A DNA stretch of 64,000 bases from Bacillota bacterium (GTDB taxonomy: Bacteria; Bacillota; Dethiobacteria; DTU022; UBA8154), in contig JAAYFF010000025.1 in assembly GCA_012728375.1 (NCBI GenBank), forward strand, positions 13,741 through 77,740, in the 5' to 3' direction. Position 1 is the first letter of the stretch. Each line of letters opens with the position of its first letter. Below, one piece after another: positions 27,544 through 38,047 of the stretch. Below the pieces are notes generated by a model. That model was not told the origin of the DNA. It did no database searches and saw only the letters and a list, made by a program, of their open reading frames with translations. The position numbers and the translations under genes were made by a program.

Positions 27544-28419
27544 GTGAATCCGTCCGTCTGGAGAGTAGTTGCCATCCTGGGGGTTGGGGTTATACTTTTA
27601 GCACTTTCTCTGGTTTTTTTTACAGGGGAAGATCTTGCCCATGTTAATCTGGTTAAAGATACGTTTTTAACAGGCTTTTCACAAGTGCAGGGATTTGTTG
27701 CCAGGTTAGGAGCGAGTACGGCCGGTTTTTTTCAGGGGATTTTTGATTTCAGGAACCTGCAGGAAGAAAACAAGGAATTGCGGAAAGAATTGGCTGAGAG
27801 GGAAAATCTTCGCCATCAGATCCTGGAACTTCAAAAGGAAAATTACCGGTTAAGAGGAATGCTTGATTTTAAAGAACGAACAGAATACGAGCTTCTTCCG
27901 GCCGAAGTAATTGCCAGGGATCCCAGCAACTGGTTTGAGACGATTACGGTTAACCGGGGGGCCCTTCACGGCGTCAAAAAAAACATGCCCGTAATCACTT
28001 CCCAGGGGCTGGTGGGGAATATTCTTAAAGTATCGAGGACTTCTTCAAGGGTTCTGCTTCTTACGGACTCCAGGCGTGCTGTGAGCGCTCTGGTCATGCG
28101 TTCCCGGGAGCCCGGCGATGTAGGTATCGTGGAGGGTTCTTCCGGAGAAAGCGCTTCTTTGCGCATGACCAATCTTCCGCCGGAAGCCAATATCCAGCCT
28201 GGTGATACCGTTATTTCTTCAGGTCTGGGAGGTATTTTCCCCAAGGGTTTGGTAATTGGTACTGTCCTCGAAACCGGACTTGATCAGTATGGGTTGCTTC
28301 AGCAAGCGGTTGTTCTTCCTGCAGTTAATTTTAACCGTTTGGAGGAAGTTTTTATTGTCATGGACTTTCCTCATGAGAACGAGGAGCAGGAAGCAGAGGG
28401 GCACGAAAATGAAGGGTAG
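27544..28419 (+). CDS. mreC: Rod shape-determining protein MreC
   Basis: N-terminal TM, a coiled coil, then the beta-barrel domain (GLVGNILKVS, GLGGIFPKGLVIG). GTG 27544 with GGGGAGG RBS is preferred. The track start is TTG 27514. Confidence 0.8.
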   Translation: MNPSVWRVVAILGVGVILLALSLVFFTGEDLAHVNLVKDTFLTGFSQVQGFVARLGASTAGFFQGIFDFRNLQEENKELRKELAERENLRHQILELQKENYRLRGMLDFKERTEYELLPAEVIARDPSNWFETITVNRGALHGVKKNMPVITSQGLVGNILKVSRTSSRVLLLTDSRRAVSALVMRSREPGDVGIVEGSSGESASLRMTNLPPEANIQPGDTVISSGLGGIFPKGLVIGTVLETGLDQYGLLQQAVVLPAVNFNRLEEVFIVMDFPHENEEQEAEGHENEG

Positions 28420-28425
28420 AGGTGT

Positions 28426-28968
28426 ATGGCAGTGAGCGTTTTAGGAAACAAACTGCCGTTTAAAGCATTTTTTGTTTTATTTATTCTTATTTGTTTTACC
28501 TTGATCATAGAAGGCTCATTTTTCTCATTTATCTTTGCCCGGAGCATGGTGCCCGATTTGCTTCTTATTATTGTCGTTTGCCTGGCATTTTTATGGGGGG
28601 AAAAGAAGGGGATTGTCCTGGGGCTTATCTGCGGTTTTCTTCAGGATCTTTTTTATGGACCTGCTATCGGCTTTTTTAGCCTGGCTAAAATGATCTCCGC
28701 GTATTTTTCCGGACTTTCTTCCAGGGAAATTTATAAAGACCAAATTTTCGGCCCAATGCTGACAGTTTTTTTGGCAACCTTTGTCCACGAATTTATTGTT
28801 TATTTTCTGGTTGAACTCTTCTGGGGAAACAAGTTTTCTTTTTTCTTTGCCTTGGATCAAATTTTTATCCCCCGCGCCCTATACCACCTTTTCCTGACGT
28901 TGATGATTTACCCCTTGCTTTACCGGGCCGAGCAAAAAAGTTACTTTTATCCCCTATCCGGTAAGTAA
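28426..28968 (+). CDS. mreD: Rod shape-determining protein MreD
   Basis: 180-aa polytopic membrane protein immediately after mreC. Confidence 0.75.
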   Translation: MAVSVLGNKLPFKAFFVLFILICFTLIIEGSFFSFIFARSMVPDLLLIIVVCLAFLWGEKKGIVLGLICGFLQDLFYGPAIGFFSLAKMISAYFSGLSSREIYKDQIFGPMLTVFLATFVHEFIVYFLVELFWGNKFSFFFALDQIFIPRALYHLFLTLMIYPLLYRAEQKSYFYPLSGK

Positions 28969-29021
28969 CTTGATTCCAATTGCTCATATTCCAAAATAAC
29001 ATGAATCCCGGAGTGGCTTTG

Positions 29022-30869
29022 ATGGATAAGGAAATGCTGCGAAGAACAAGAATATTTATTTTTGTTGTGATACTTGTTTTCTTGTTGCTCGTTTCCAGGC
29101 TGGCGTACCTGCAAATTATTAATTATGAGTATTATTGGGAAAAGGCGGAAAAGAACCGTTTGCGCATTTTACCTATTACAGCACCCCGAGGTGAAATTTT
29201 CGATAGACAAGGCCGACAACTGGTTACCAACAGGCCTGGTTTTACTGTATCTCTCGTTGATCTGGGAAGCGGTTACGATGATGAGACAATAGTTCGCCTC
29301 GCTGAGCTGCTCGAAATGGAAGAAGAGGAGATTCAAAAAAAAATTGACCTTCAATATTACCGGCGTTATCTTCCAGTCCGCCTGAAAATGGATGTAGATT
29401 TTGAGACGGTTTCCAAAATTGCCGAGCACCGCCTGGACCTTCCCGGAGTGGTTATCGAAGTGCAGCCGATCAGATACTATGTTTTGAATGATTTTGCTGC
29501 TCATGTTTTAGGATATCTCGGCGAGGGAACCGTTGCCGGCACGGTAATAGATTTTTGGAACGAGGCCGGCTATGTCTATCGGGAGGGCGATTTGGTGGGC
29601 CAGGCTGGCTTGGAAATGGTATGGGAACCATTTTTAAAAGGAGAAGACGGTGGACTACAGGTTGAGGTCAATTCAACCGGGCAGGCGATCAGGGAGTTTG
29701 AACGGGTAGAGCCGAAGCCAGGGGCCAATCTTTTCCTGACCCTGGATGCTTCTTTGCAAATTGTAGTGGAGGAAGCCCTGCATGAAGCTGTCAGGTTGCA
29801 GTGGGAAGATAACAATTTCTATGCAGGAGAAGCCGGGGCAGTAGTCATTGACCCGCGCAACGGAAAAATTCTTGCCATGGCCAGTATCCCTTCTTATAAC
29901 CCCAATACCTTCAGTGAAGATTATACTACACTTTTGCAGAGCTCCGGCAGGCCCTTGGTTAATAAAACTATTGAGGAACATTATCCCGTTGGTTCTGTTT
30001 TTAAAATGGTTACCGGTATTGCGGGGCTCGAAGAGGGAGTTATTACTAGTACGGAAAGGTTGTATTGCGGGGGAAGAGTAACGCGTTTTGGCGCGACCAA
30101 GTCCTGTTTTCGCGGAACTGCGCACGGTTCCCTTAATATCGTCCAGGCGATAGCCAAATCATGCAATATTTTTTTCTATGAACTGGGACTTCGGGTAGGG
30201 ATTGACGATCTGGCCAACTATGCCCGGGAATTCGGTTTTGGGCAACCTACCGGTCTAAAGGATATTTTCGGCGAAAAAGGCGGTATTGTTGCCAGCCGTA
30301 AATATAAGGAGCAGTCTTTCAACGAGCCCTGGTACCCCGCGGAAACTATGGATGCCTCCATCGGTCAGAGCTTTCATAGCATTACCCTCCTGCAACTGGC
30401 CAACTATGTCTCCATGATCGCCAATGGAGGAATTCACTATCGTCCCTACCTGGTCGACAGGGTTGTGGACAGCGATGGTAATGTGCTGATGGTAGCAGAG
30501 CCGGAAGTTCTGCACAAAATGGAAGTAATGGATTTAAACTGGGAAATCATCCGTGAAGGTATGAAGCAGGTAACTATGCCGGGAGGAACTGCTTCCCGCC
30601 TGGCCAATCTCCCGGTAAAAGCCGCGGGTAAAACCGGATCCGCGCAGGTTGCGGGACGGGGGAGCGACATCCCTTCCCATGGGTTTTTTGTGGGATATGC
30701 GCCCGCGGATAATCCTGAAATAGCGCTTGTTGTTTTTATAAAATACGGTGGTACCGGGGGGGCAAGCGCCGTGCCGGTAGCGGAAAAAATACTGGAAAGT
30801 TATTTTGCGGATGAGACTGCTCAGGAATCGGAAGAAAGCAGTTTAGCAATTGAAAAAGACCTGGAATAG
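29022..30869 (+). CDS. mrdA: Penicillin-binding protein 2 (elongasome transpeptidase)
   Basis: PBP dimerisation domain plus a transpeptidase with SxxK (GSVFK), SxN (SCN) and KTG (KTGSAQ). ATG 29022 with GGAGTGG RBS. Confidence 0.85.
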   Translation: MDKEMLRRTRIFIFVVILVFLLLVSRLAYLQIINYEYYWEKAEKNRLRILPITAPRGEIFDRQGRQLVTNRPGFTVSLVDLGSGYDDETIVRLAELLEMEEEEIQKKIDLQYYRRYLPVRLKMDVDFETVSKIAEHRLDLPGVVIEVQPIRYYVLNDFAAHVLGYLGEGTVAGTVIDFWNEAGYVYREGDLVGQAGLEMVWEPFLKGEDGGLQVEVNSTGQAIREFERVEPKPGANLFLTLDASLQIVVEEALHEAVRLQWEDNNFYAGEAGAVVIDPRNGKILAMASIPSYNPNTFSEDYTTLLQSSGRPLVNKTIEEHYPVGSVFKMVTGIAGLEEGVITSTERLYCGGRVTRFGATKSCFRGTAHGSLNIVQAIAKSCNIFFYELGLRVGIDDLANYAREFGFGQPTGLKDIFGEKGGIVASRKYKEQSFNEPWYPAETMDASIGQSFHSITLLQLANYVSMIANGGIHYRPYLVDRVVDSDGNVLMVAEPEVLHKMEVMDLNWEIIREGMKQVTMPGGTASRLANLPVKAAGKTGSAQVAGRGSDIPSHGFFVGYAPADNPEIALVVFIKYGGTGGASAVPVAEKILESYFADETAQESEESSLAIEKDLE

Positions 30870-30950
30870 GAGGAGGTTTATCTTCTATTCGGACAGCGGT
30901 CTATGGTGTAAGAAGAGTTTTTTTCGGAAGTTCCGAAAGGAAGGAAACGA

Positions 30951-32051
30951 ATGTTTGATCGCCGCCTCTTAAAAAATTTTGACTATCAGCTGCTCATAAT
31001 TGTCCTGGTAATTTGTTCCTACGGCCTACTGGTAATCAGCAGCGCTACCCGGGGGGATGGCGCCGAATCGTTTGTTTATCTGCAGAAGCAGGCTATTTCT
31101 ATCGGCATCGGGCTCTTTGCCATTCTCGTTATTATCAGCATTGATTATCTGGACTTTTACCGCCTGTCCTGGTATTTATACGCCTTTAATTTTGTCTGTC
31201 TGGGCCTGGTTCTTTTTATTGGGAGAGAAGGCGGGGGGTCATACCGCTGGATTGACTTAAAAGTAATTGATTTTCAGCCTTCGGAAATGGCTAAAATTAT
31301 TATTATTATTACTCTGGCCCGTTTGCTTGTGGAGCAAAAGGAAAGGTTGGCCAACCCCGTTCAGCTTATTCCCCTGTTCTTGCATGTCCTTATCCCGATG
31401 ATTCTTATTTTCTTGCAGCCAGACCTGGGAACAGCCCTGGTGTTCGCGGCGATCTTTCTGGGTATGCTCTATATGGCGGGGGTCCCGGTAAAGAATCTCC
31501 TTATTGTCATCTGTTCCGGAATAGCAGCTTTCCCCTTGCTATGGTTTAGGCTAATGGATTACCAGAAAATGCGCCTGATTGTTTTTTTTAATCCTGATAT
31601 TGACCCTCTCGACCAAGGTTATCAGTTGACCCAATCCATGATTGCCATTGGTTCCGGCGGTCTGACAGGAAAAGGGCTTTTTGCCGGGACGCAGGCAAGG
31701 CTGCAATTTCTCCCCGAGCATCATACTGATTTTATTTTTTCCGTTCTGGGTGAAGAATTGGGCTTTCTTGGCGGGGTTTTTTTATTGTTCCTTTATCTTC
31801 TGTTAATTTACCGCATCCTGAAGATTGCCTCTTTTTCCAAAGACAGTTTTGGATCCTTGATTTGTGCCGGTGTAGCCACAATGCTTACTTTTCAAATATT
31901 GGTGAACGTAGGTATGACCCTTAGTATCATGCCGGTAACAGGGCTTCCCTTGCCCTATATGAGTTATGGGGGCAATTCCATACTGATGAATATGATTTCT
32001 ATCGGGTTTGTGCTCAATGTAGGGATGAGGCGGCACAAAATTCAGTTTTAG
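30951..32051 (+). CDS. rodA: Peptidoglycan glycosyltransferase RodA (SEDS family)
   Basis: FtsW/RodA/SpoVE family. 366-aa polytopic protein. Confidence 0.85.
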   Translation: MFDRRLLKNFDYQLLIIVLVICSYGLLVISSATRGDGAESFVYLQKQAISIGIGLFAILVIISIDYLDFYRLSWYLYAFNFVCLGLVLFIGREGGGSYRWIDLKVIDFQPSEMAKIIIIITLARLLVEQKERLANPVQLIPLFLHVLIPMILIFLQPDLGTALVFAAIFLGMLYMAGVPVKNLLIVICSGIAAFPLLWFRLMDYQKMRLIVFFNPDIDPLDQGYQLTQSMIAIGSGGLTGKGLFAGTQARLQFLPEHHTDFIFSVLGEELGFLGGVFLLFLYLLLIYRILKIASFSKDSFGSLICAGVATMLTFQILVNVGMTLSIMPVTGLPLPYMSYGGNSILMNMISIGFVLNVGMRRHKIQF

Positions 32052-32111
32052 CATAAACGCGTTTCCCGGAGAATATATTGTACAGGCAGCACTACTCCGG
32101 GAGGGTCTAAT

Positions 32112-32936
32112 GTGTTAGAAAAATTTCGGCAGAAATCGTTTCCCCGTTTTCATCTAAGGGCGCGTTTAGATGAATATGATAACTTACGGGAGAAGAGATA
32201 CTGGGGTGAAGGCGGAGAATTTGAAGGCAGGGGGAACCGATCTTTTTTTGACCTCTTTCCCTTTTCGGTTTTGAAAGAAATGCACAGTTTCCTTCTTTTT
32301 AAAGTTACCTTTGTGGTTTCCATCATCCTCATTGTCTTTCTTCTCTCACTGCTTAATTTTTCTTTTGCCCGGGCACTAATTAAAAATATAAACTATTTAA
32401 CTACCTGGAAGACGGATTTTATTGCCATCGGCAGGAAGGCTGCCCCTGTGATAAGCGACCTATGGGAGGGAAACCCGGAAAGGGGGCTTGCAGTGCTGGC
32501 CCCTTTGGTTGGCGAAAGGAAAGAAGAAGGCAGCGTCCTGCGGTTTGCCATGCCTTTGGAAGGACGAGTTGTGAAAAACTTTGGCTATGGTTATAATCCC
32601 AAACTGCAGATGGATGATATGACTTATGGAATAGTTTTCAGCGCTTCAGGGGAAAGGGATATTACCGCTTCCGCGGCGGGAAAGGTAAGCAAGATCAAGA
32701 ATGATCCCTACTACGGCTTACTTTTAGTGTTGCAGCATTCAGGGGGCATGGAAACATGCTATGGCTACTTAAAGGAAACCTATGTAAAAGAGGGCGAAGA
32801 AGTCAGGCAAGGTGCCAGAATTGCCCGGACAGGACCGGATATGGGGGTGCAGAATTCTTTTTTATATTTTGAAGCCCGGGATAAGGGGAAACCCTTTGAC
32901 CCGTTGCCCTATTTGACGGAACAATCTGGGCCTTAA
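32112..32936 (+). CDS. M23/LytM-domain peptidase, SpoIVFA-like by position
   Basis: N-terminal TM and a C-terminal LytM domain (VLQHSGGMETCYGYL...GARIARTG). GTG start with GGGAGGG RBS. It lies directly upstream of an M50 protease gene. Confidence 0.65.
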   Translation: MLEKFRQKSFPRFHLRARLDEYDNLREKRYWGEGGEFEGRGNRSFFDLFPFSVLKEMHSFLLFKVTFVVSIILIVFLLSLLNFSFARALIKNINYLTTWKTDFIAIGRKAAPVISDLWEGNPERGLAVLAPLVGERKEEGSVLRFAMPLEGRVVKNFGYGYNPKLQMDDMTYGIVFSASGERDITASAAGKVSKIKNDPYYGLLLVLQHSGGMETCYGYLKETYVKEGEEVRQGARIARTGPDMGVQNSFLYFEARDKGKPFDPLPYLTEQSGP

Positions 32937-32992
32937 GCAAAGCTGCAATTCAGATTATGGCAAGATATTAAAGGCAAACAGGAGGTTTTTTT

Positions 32993-33922
32993 TTGAGCTG
33001 GTGCCTGGCGAAAATTAAGGGGCAGAAAATTTTGCTCCACCCCTTTTTTTTACTCTTTCTATTCCTCTGGCTGCTGGCAGGATTGCCGCTGCAAACCCTT
33101 TTCCTTTTTATTTTTGTTTTATTGCATGAACTGGTGCATTCTTTGGCAGGATGGTTTTGCGGTATTAAGTTCGATAAGATCGAGCTTTTTCCCTTTGGGG
33201 GAGCGGCGCATCCGGCCAAACCTTTGGAATTCGAACCCCTGAAAGAAATTTTTGTTGCGGTAGCCGGGCCGCTTTTTAATCTTTCCGTGTTTTTGTTGCT
33301 GTATAACTATCAAGAGCTTTTCTCTCTTTTTTCCCCTCTAGCCCGCAGCTCATATTATCCGTTTATGCTCAGGGCCAATCTTTTTCTCTTTTTTTTCAAT
33401 TTGCTTCCAGGGCTGCCCCTTGACGGGGGCAGAATTCTCCGGGCCTTGCTCAGTTCCAGAATGGGCTTTTACCGGGCAACGGAGGCTTGCGCGGGTTATG
33501 GCAAGATCCTGGGAGGAGGGTTTTTTATTGCCGGCTTGCTGTTATCATACTATGACTTTTTAATTCTCTCGGTTTCTTTAATAGGTCTTTTCCTTTATTA
33601 TGCAGCAGGGCGTGAACAGCAATCATCCATTTATCTCTTTTTGCGCTACCTGGTGAGAAAAGAAAGAATGCTGCAAAAAACAGGAATTCTGAAAGGAGAA
33701 CAGCTAGTGGCGCTGGAAAGCACGGCAATTATTGATGTTTTAAAAAGGTTCAAACCGTCAAAATACCACCAGATAATCGTTCTGAGCCGAACCTGCCGCG
33801 TCATCGACGAGCTGTCGGAAAGCCAGCTTCTCTCCGCGGCTTTGCTGAAGGGCATCCATCTGCCCCTGCGCCATCTCTGCCGCGACAGGACCAGGCAAAC
33901 AAAACGACCACCGGGTGCTTAA
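32993..33922 (+). CDS. spoIVFB: Site-2 (M50) zinc metalloprotease with C-terminal CBS-like domain, SpoIVFB-like
   Basis: HELVH zinc motif in a TM helix, and LPGLPLDGGRIL (the LDG motif). TTG start with GGAGG RBS. Confidence 0.6.
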   Translation: MSWCLAKIKGQKILLHPFFLLFLFLWLLAGLPLQTLFLFIFVLLHELVHSLAGWFCGIKFDKIELFPFGGAAHPAKPLEFEPLKEIFVAVAGPLFNLSVFLLLYNYQELFSLFSPLARSSYYPFMLRANLFLFFFNLLPGLPLDGGRILRALLSSRMGFYRATEACAGYGKILGGGFFIAGLLLSYYDFLILSVSLIGLFLYYAAGREQQSSIYLFLRYLVRKERMLQKTGILKGEQLVALESTAIIDVLKRFKPSKYHQIIVLSRTCRVIDELSESQLLSAALLKGIHLPLRHLCRDRTRQTKRPPGA

Positions 33923-33966
33923 TATATCCGGTTCATTGAATATTTTGTTGTATCTACGCGCCCCTA

Positions 33967-35259
33967 CTAAGCAAAATCCCTGTTTAATTTCCTGTGCTTA
34001 AAAGTTTTGGTGCGGTTGGCATAATCCTCGACAATATGGCCGTTTCCTATTAGTTTGTATTTATAGATCACCAATCCGTCAAGGCCTACCGGCCCCCTGG
34101 AGTGAATCTTGCCGGTGCTTATCCCAACTTCCGCGCCGAATCCATAGCGGAAGCCGTCACTAAAGCGCGTCGAACAGTTCCAAAAAACATTCCCCGAGTC
34201 CACATAATCCATAAAACGGAGAGCCCTTTCTCTGTCCCCGGTTATGATGCTGTCCGTGTGTCCTGATCCATAGGTATTAATATGCTCAATAGCTTCCTCC
34301 AGCGTGGATACGATTTTAATGGACAGTTTGTAATCGAGGTATTCTGTTTTCCAGTCCTCAGGGGTTGCAGGGGCGACGGGAATTATAGACTGAGTCCGGG
34401 GGCATCCGACTATTTCCACCTTCTTGCTGTCCAGCAAATTTTTTAATGCGGGTAAAAAAGCAGGCGCGATACTTTCATGCACCAGAAGGGTCTCTGCAGC
34501 ATTGCATACGGCCACGTACTGGGTTTTTGAGTCAACTACGATTTTTGCAGCCATATTCAGATCCGCCTTCTCATCCACGTAACAGTGGCAGATCCCGTCT
34601 GCATGGCCCAAAACAGGAATTCGCGAATTGTCCATGATATAACGTACAAACTCATTTGAACCCCTGGGAATGATAAGGTCAATATAGCCGTCCATTTTAA
34701 GCATATCATTGACATCGGATCTTGTTTCCAGAAGTGCCGCCCAGTACTCCGGAATGCCGGCCTTCATTGTTGCATCTAAGATAACCTCGGCCAGGATGCG
34801 GTTGGTTTCCATGGCTTCTGATCCACCTTTTAGAAGAACACCGTTTCCGCTTTTAAGGCAAAGGGTTGCTATTTGTACAAGTGCATCCGGTCTCGATTCA
34901 AAAATGACCCCAATGACCCCAATGGGGCTGGTTACCTTGTACAGCTCCAACCCCTCGTCCAGCTCGGTAGAGAGCAAGGTTTTTCCCACGGGATCTTCAA
35001 GCTTAATCAGATCGTGGATGCCGTCCACCACATCCGCGATTTTCTCTTCATCAAAATTTAACCTTTTCAATAACGGCGCAGATAAATTTTCTTTCTCGCT
35101 CCTGTCCAGATCCAGACGGTTAGCTTTTATTATTTCGTTTTTTCTTTCAGTTAAAGAAGCGGCAATAAACTCAAGGGCTTTATTTTTAACTTCTGTCGTT
35201 GCCGCGGCCAGCCTGATTGAGGAATCCTTAACCCGGCGGGCAAGCTCATCCATGTTCAT
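33967..35259 (-). CDS. proA: Gamma-glutamyl phosphate reductase
   Basis: 430-aa aldehyde-dehydrogenase-fold ProA (…VCNAAETLLVHE…, catalytic Cys context). Confidence 0.9.
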   Translation of the reverse strand: MNMDELARRVKDSSIRLAAATTEVKNKALEFIAASLTERKNEIIKANRLDLDRSEKENLSAPLLKRLNFDEEKIADVVDGIHDLIKLEDPVGKTLLSTELDEGLELYKVTSPIGVIGVIFESRPDALVQIATLCLKSGNGVLLKGGSEAMETNRILAEVILDATMKAGIPEYWAALLETRSDVNDMLKMDGYIDLIIPRGSNEFVRYIMDNSRIPVLGHADGICHCYVDEKADLNMAAKIVVDSKTQYVAVCNAAETLLVHESIAPAFLPALKNLLDSKKVEIVGCPRTQSIIPVAPATPEDWKTEYLDYKLSIKIVSTLEEAIEHINTYGSGHTDSIITGDRERALRFMDYVDSGNVFWNCSTRFSDGFRYGFGAEVGISTGKIHSRGPVGLDGLVIYKYKLIGNGHIVEDYANRTKTFKHRKLNRDFA

Positions 35260-35451
35260 GGCAATCCCTCCTTGTACAATTATCTTATAACTTTACAAAA
35301 AAGAAATCAATGTAAAATGTATGATCCAAATGGTATGATATAATAGTCAAAGGATGGTAAGGCAGCAAAAAATTTTAAAGGAATTATTTTCCTTTGTCCC
35401 GGTCTAGAATAAAGGATAAACAAAACTTTATTATTATGGAGCAGTGAACAT

Positions 35452-37305
35452 ATGAGAAAACTTGATTACCGGGCTCTCTTGGATAAAGTGCAGAAACCGG
35501 CCCGCTACCTGGGAAAAGAGATCAATGCCGTGCATAAAGATCCGGATGATGTCCAGCTGCACATTGCCTTGGCCTTTCCCGATCTTTACGAAGTTGGAAT
35601 GTCTCACCTGGGATTGAAAATCCTTTATGCCCTTAGCAACAATATCCCCGGTGTTTACGCTGAAAGGGTTTTTGCCCCGGCCCGGGACATGGAGGAACTT
35701 TTGCGTGCCGGGGGACTGCCCCTTTTTAGTTTGGAGACCTGGACTCCCCTGCATGCTTTTGACCTGGTCGGCTTTACAATACAGTATGAATTGTGTTATA
35801 CTGCCATTTTAAACATGCTGGAGCTGGGCGGGATTCCCTTGAGAAGCAAGGAGAGAAAAGACGGGGACCCGTTTATCGTTGGAGGAGGGCCTGGCGCATT
35901 TAATCCGGAACCTTTGGCTCCGTTTTTTGATTTTTTTGTCATCGGTGACGGCGAAGAGGTCCTGCCCGAACTCCTTGAGGAATACCAACGGTGGAAAAAA
36001 AGCGGGGATCAGCAGAGGATATCTTTCCTACGCCGGATTGCGTCCATTCCCGGTATTTATGTGCCCTCCTTTTATGAACCCTTGGAAAAGGATGGAAAAT
36101 TTGTCGGTATTAAACCGCTGCTAAGTGGTATACCCTCCAAAATTACTAAAAGAACGGTAGACCTTGAGCATAGCTTTTATCCGGAAGCTTTTCCTGTTCC
36201 TTATATGAAAGTGGTTCACGACCGGGCCATGTTGGAACTTTTCCGGGGTTGCACGCAGGGGTGCCGTTTTTGCCAGGCCGGAATCATCTATCGGCCGGTA
36301 AGGAACCGCTCGATCCCCAGGTTGAGGCAGCTGGCGGGAAATATTATTGCCAGGACGGGATTTGAGGAGCTTTCTTTGACTTCGCTCAGCAGCGGAGATT
36401 ATCCTGGAATTGAAGAACTTGTGGACGAGTTGAAGGAAGAGCTTGAGGGTAAAGATGTGCAGCTTTCCTTTCCTTCTCTACGGGCAGAGTCTTCTGCCCT
36501 GAAGCTGGCAGACCGGGTACAAAGAAATCGGAGCGGCGGGGTTACTTTTGCTCCGGAAGCCGGGACACAGCGCCTGCGAAATGTTATTAACAAAAGGATT
36601 TCCCGGGAGGAAATATTAGGTGCTGCGGCTGAAGCCATCTCTTCCGGGAGAAACCATGTTAAGCTTTATTTTATGATCGGTCTTCCCACGGAAAAAGACG
36701 AGGACATCCTGGGGATTGTCAAACTTGTACAAGATACTTTGGCGATTTATGAAAAGAGAGACAAGAAGAACAGAGGCCCTTTTCGCATCACCGTCAGCAC
36801 AGCAACTTTTGTTCCTAAAGCGCATACACCTTTCCAATGGGAGCCGCAGATCCCCCTTAAGGAGATTAGACGCCGTCAGGCATTGCTAAAGCGGGAATTT
36901 CGCCCTCTGCGAAAGGTGGATTTTACCTGGCACGAAGCGGAAATGAGCTTTCTTGAAGCTGTTTTTGCCCGGGGAGACCGTAAACTGGCCCCTGTCCTGG
37001 AAAAGGCCTACCGAATGGGCAGCCGGCTGGATGCCTGGAGCGATAAGTTTTCTTTTTCCCTGTGGAAAAGGGCCTTTGAAGCGGAAGGGCTTGACCCGGA
37101 GTATTACACAGAGTTCCAACCCGGTTATGACGACCCCCTTCCCTGGGATCATATCGATACCAAAGTAAGCAAAGAGTATCTAATAAAAGAGCACAGACGT
37201 GCCATCAGGGGCGAAACAACCGGCGATTGCCGGGTGGAAGGCTGCAGGGGCTGCGGAATAAAAAACTGCCCCGGAATGGGGGTGGATGGCAATTTATCGC
37301 TATAG
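35452..37305 (+). CDS. B12-binding-domain radical SAM protein, TIGR03960 family
   Basis: CTQGCRFCQAG is the CxxxCxxC motif. 617 aa. Conserved partner of the downstream TIGR03936 gene. Confidence 0.8.
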   Translation: MRKLDYRALLDKVQKPARYLGKEINAVHKDPDDVQLHIALAFPDLYEVGMSHLGLKILYALSNNIPGVYAERVFAPARDMEELLRAGGLPLFSLETWTPLHAFDLVGFTIQYELCYTAILNMLELGGIPLRSKERKDGDPFIVGGGPGAFNPEPLAPFFDFFVIGDGEEVLPELLEEYQRWKKSGDQQRISFLRRIASIPGIYVPSFYEPLEKDGKFVGIKPLLSGIPSKITKRTVDLEHSFYPEAFPVPYMKVVHDRAMLELFRGCTQGCRFCQAGIIYRPVRNRSIPRLRQLAGNIIARTGFEELSLTSLSSGDYPGIEELVDELKEELEGKDVQLSFPSLRAESSALKLADRVQRNRSGGVTFAPEAGTQRLRNVINKRISREEILGAAAEAISSGRNHVKLYFMIGLPTEKDEDILGIVKLVQDTLAIYEKRDKKNRGPFRITVSTATFVPKAHTPFQWEPQIPLKEIRRRQALLKREFRPLRKVDFTWHEAEMSFLEAVFARGDRKLAPVLEKAYRMGSRLDAWSDKFSFSLWKRAFEAEGLDPEYYTEFQPGYDDPLPWDHIDTKVSKEYLIKEHRRAIRGETTGDCRVEGCRGCGIKNCPGMGVDGNLSL

Positions 37306-37999
37306 GCTTTGTTTTTCCAAGGAAAAAGAGATGAAGTATATTTCTCATTTGGATCTCCAGCGCGTTTTTACACGGGCTTTACGCCGCGGAGCAATCCCGG
37401 TAGCATTTAGCCAGGGTTTTAACCCGCAGCCGCGCTTGGTATTCGCAGCTCCCCTGGCAGTAGGGCTCGAAGGAAAAAATGAGTACCTTGATCTGTATTT
37501 AACCAGTTGCTGGGAAAAGGAGGTGCTAAAACAGGTTTTACAGGAGCAGCTCCCCGGGGGGCTTGCTATTAAAACAATTACCTTCGTTGATTTGTCTGCT
37601 GAGCCATTATCCGCGCTCGTAGAAGCCGCGCTTTATGTAGCTCTCTTCCCAAGTTTTTCTGAACAGTACGTCTTAACCGTCGCTGATATCCTCCAAGCAA
37701 AAGAGATCGTGGCTGTAAGAACAGGTAAAAAGGAGAGAAAAGTGGATATCCGGCCCTTTATTTACAGCCTGAAAATAAAAAATGATTCAGGCGGGGCTCA
37801 ACTTTTTATGCTGCTTGCCGCGGGGAGCAAGGGAGGGGCCAGGCCGGAAGAGGTTTTATCACTTTTCCCCGGGGGAAAAGAAACGGCAAAAGTATTCCGG
37901 GAGAACATTTTTTTGCGAAACGGAGAAACGCTATTAACTCCTGCAGGAGAAACCTATGAAGAGTACCTGCAAAAAGTGCAGCTGTTTTTGCCGGCTTAA
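37286..37999 (+). CDS. Radical-SAM-associated protein, TIGR03936 (DUF2344) family
   Basis: MAIYRYRLCFSKEKEMKYISHLDL... It overlaps the upstream gene by 20 nt. Confidence 0.75.
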   Translation: MAIYRYRLCFSKEKEMKYISHLDLQRVFTRALRRGAIPVAFSQGFNPQPRLVFAAPLAVGLEGKNEYLDLYLTSCWEKEVLKQVLQEQLPGGLAIKTITFVDLSAEPLSALVEAALYVALFPSFSEQYVLTVADILQAKEIVAVRTGKKERKVDIRPFIYSLKIKNDSGGAQLFMLLAAGSKGGARPEEVLSLFPGGKETAKVFRENIFLRNGETLLTPAGETYEEYLQKVQLFLPA

Positions 38000-38047
38000 G
38001 CTGCTTTCTTTTTATATTTTTGATTCTTAGATATCCAGAGGTTTAAT

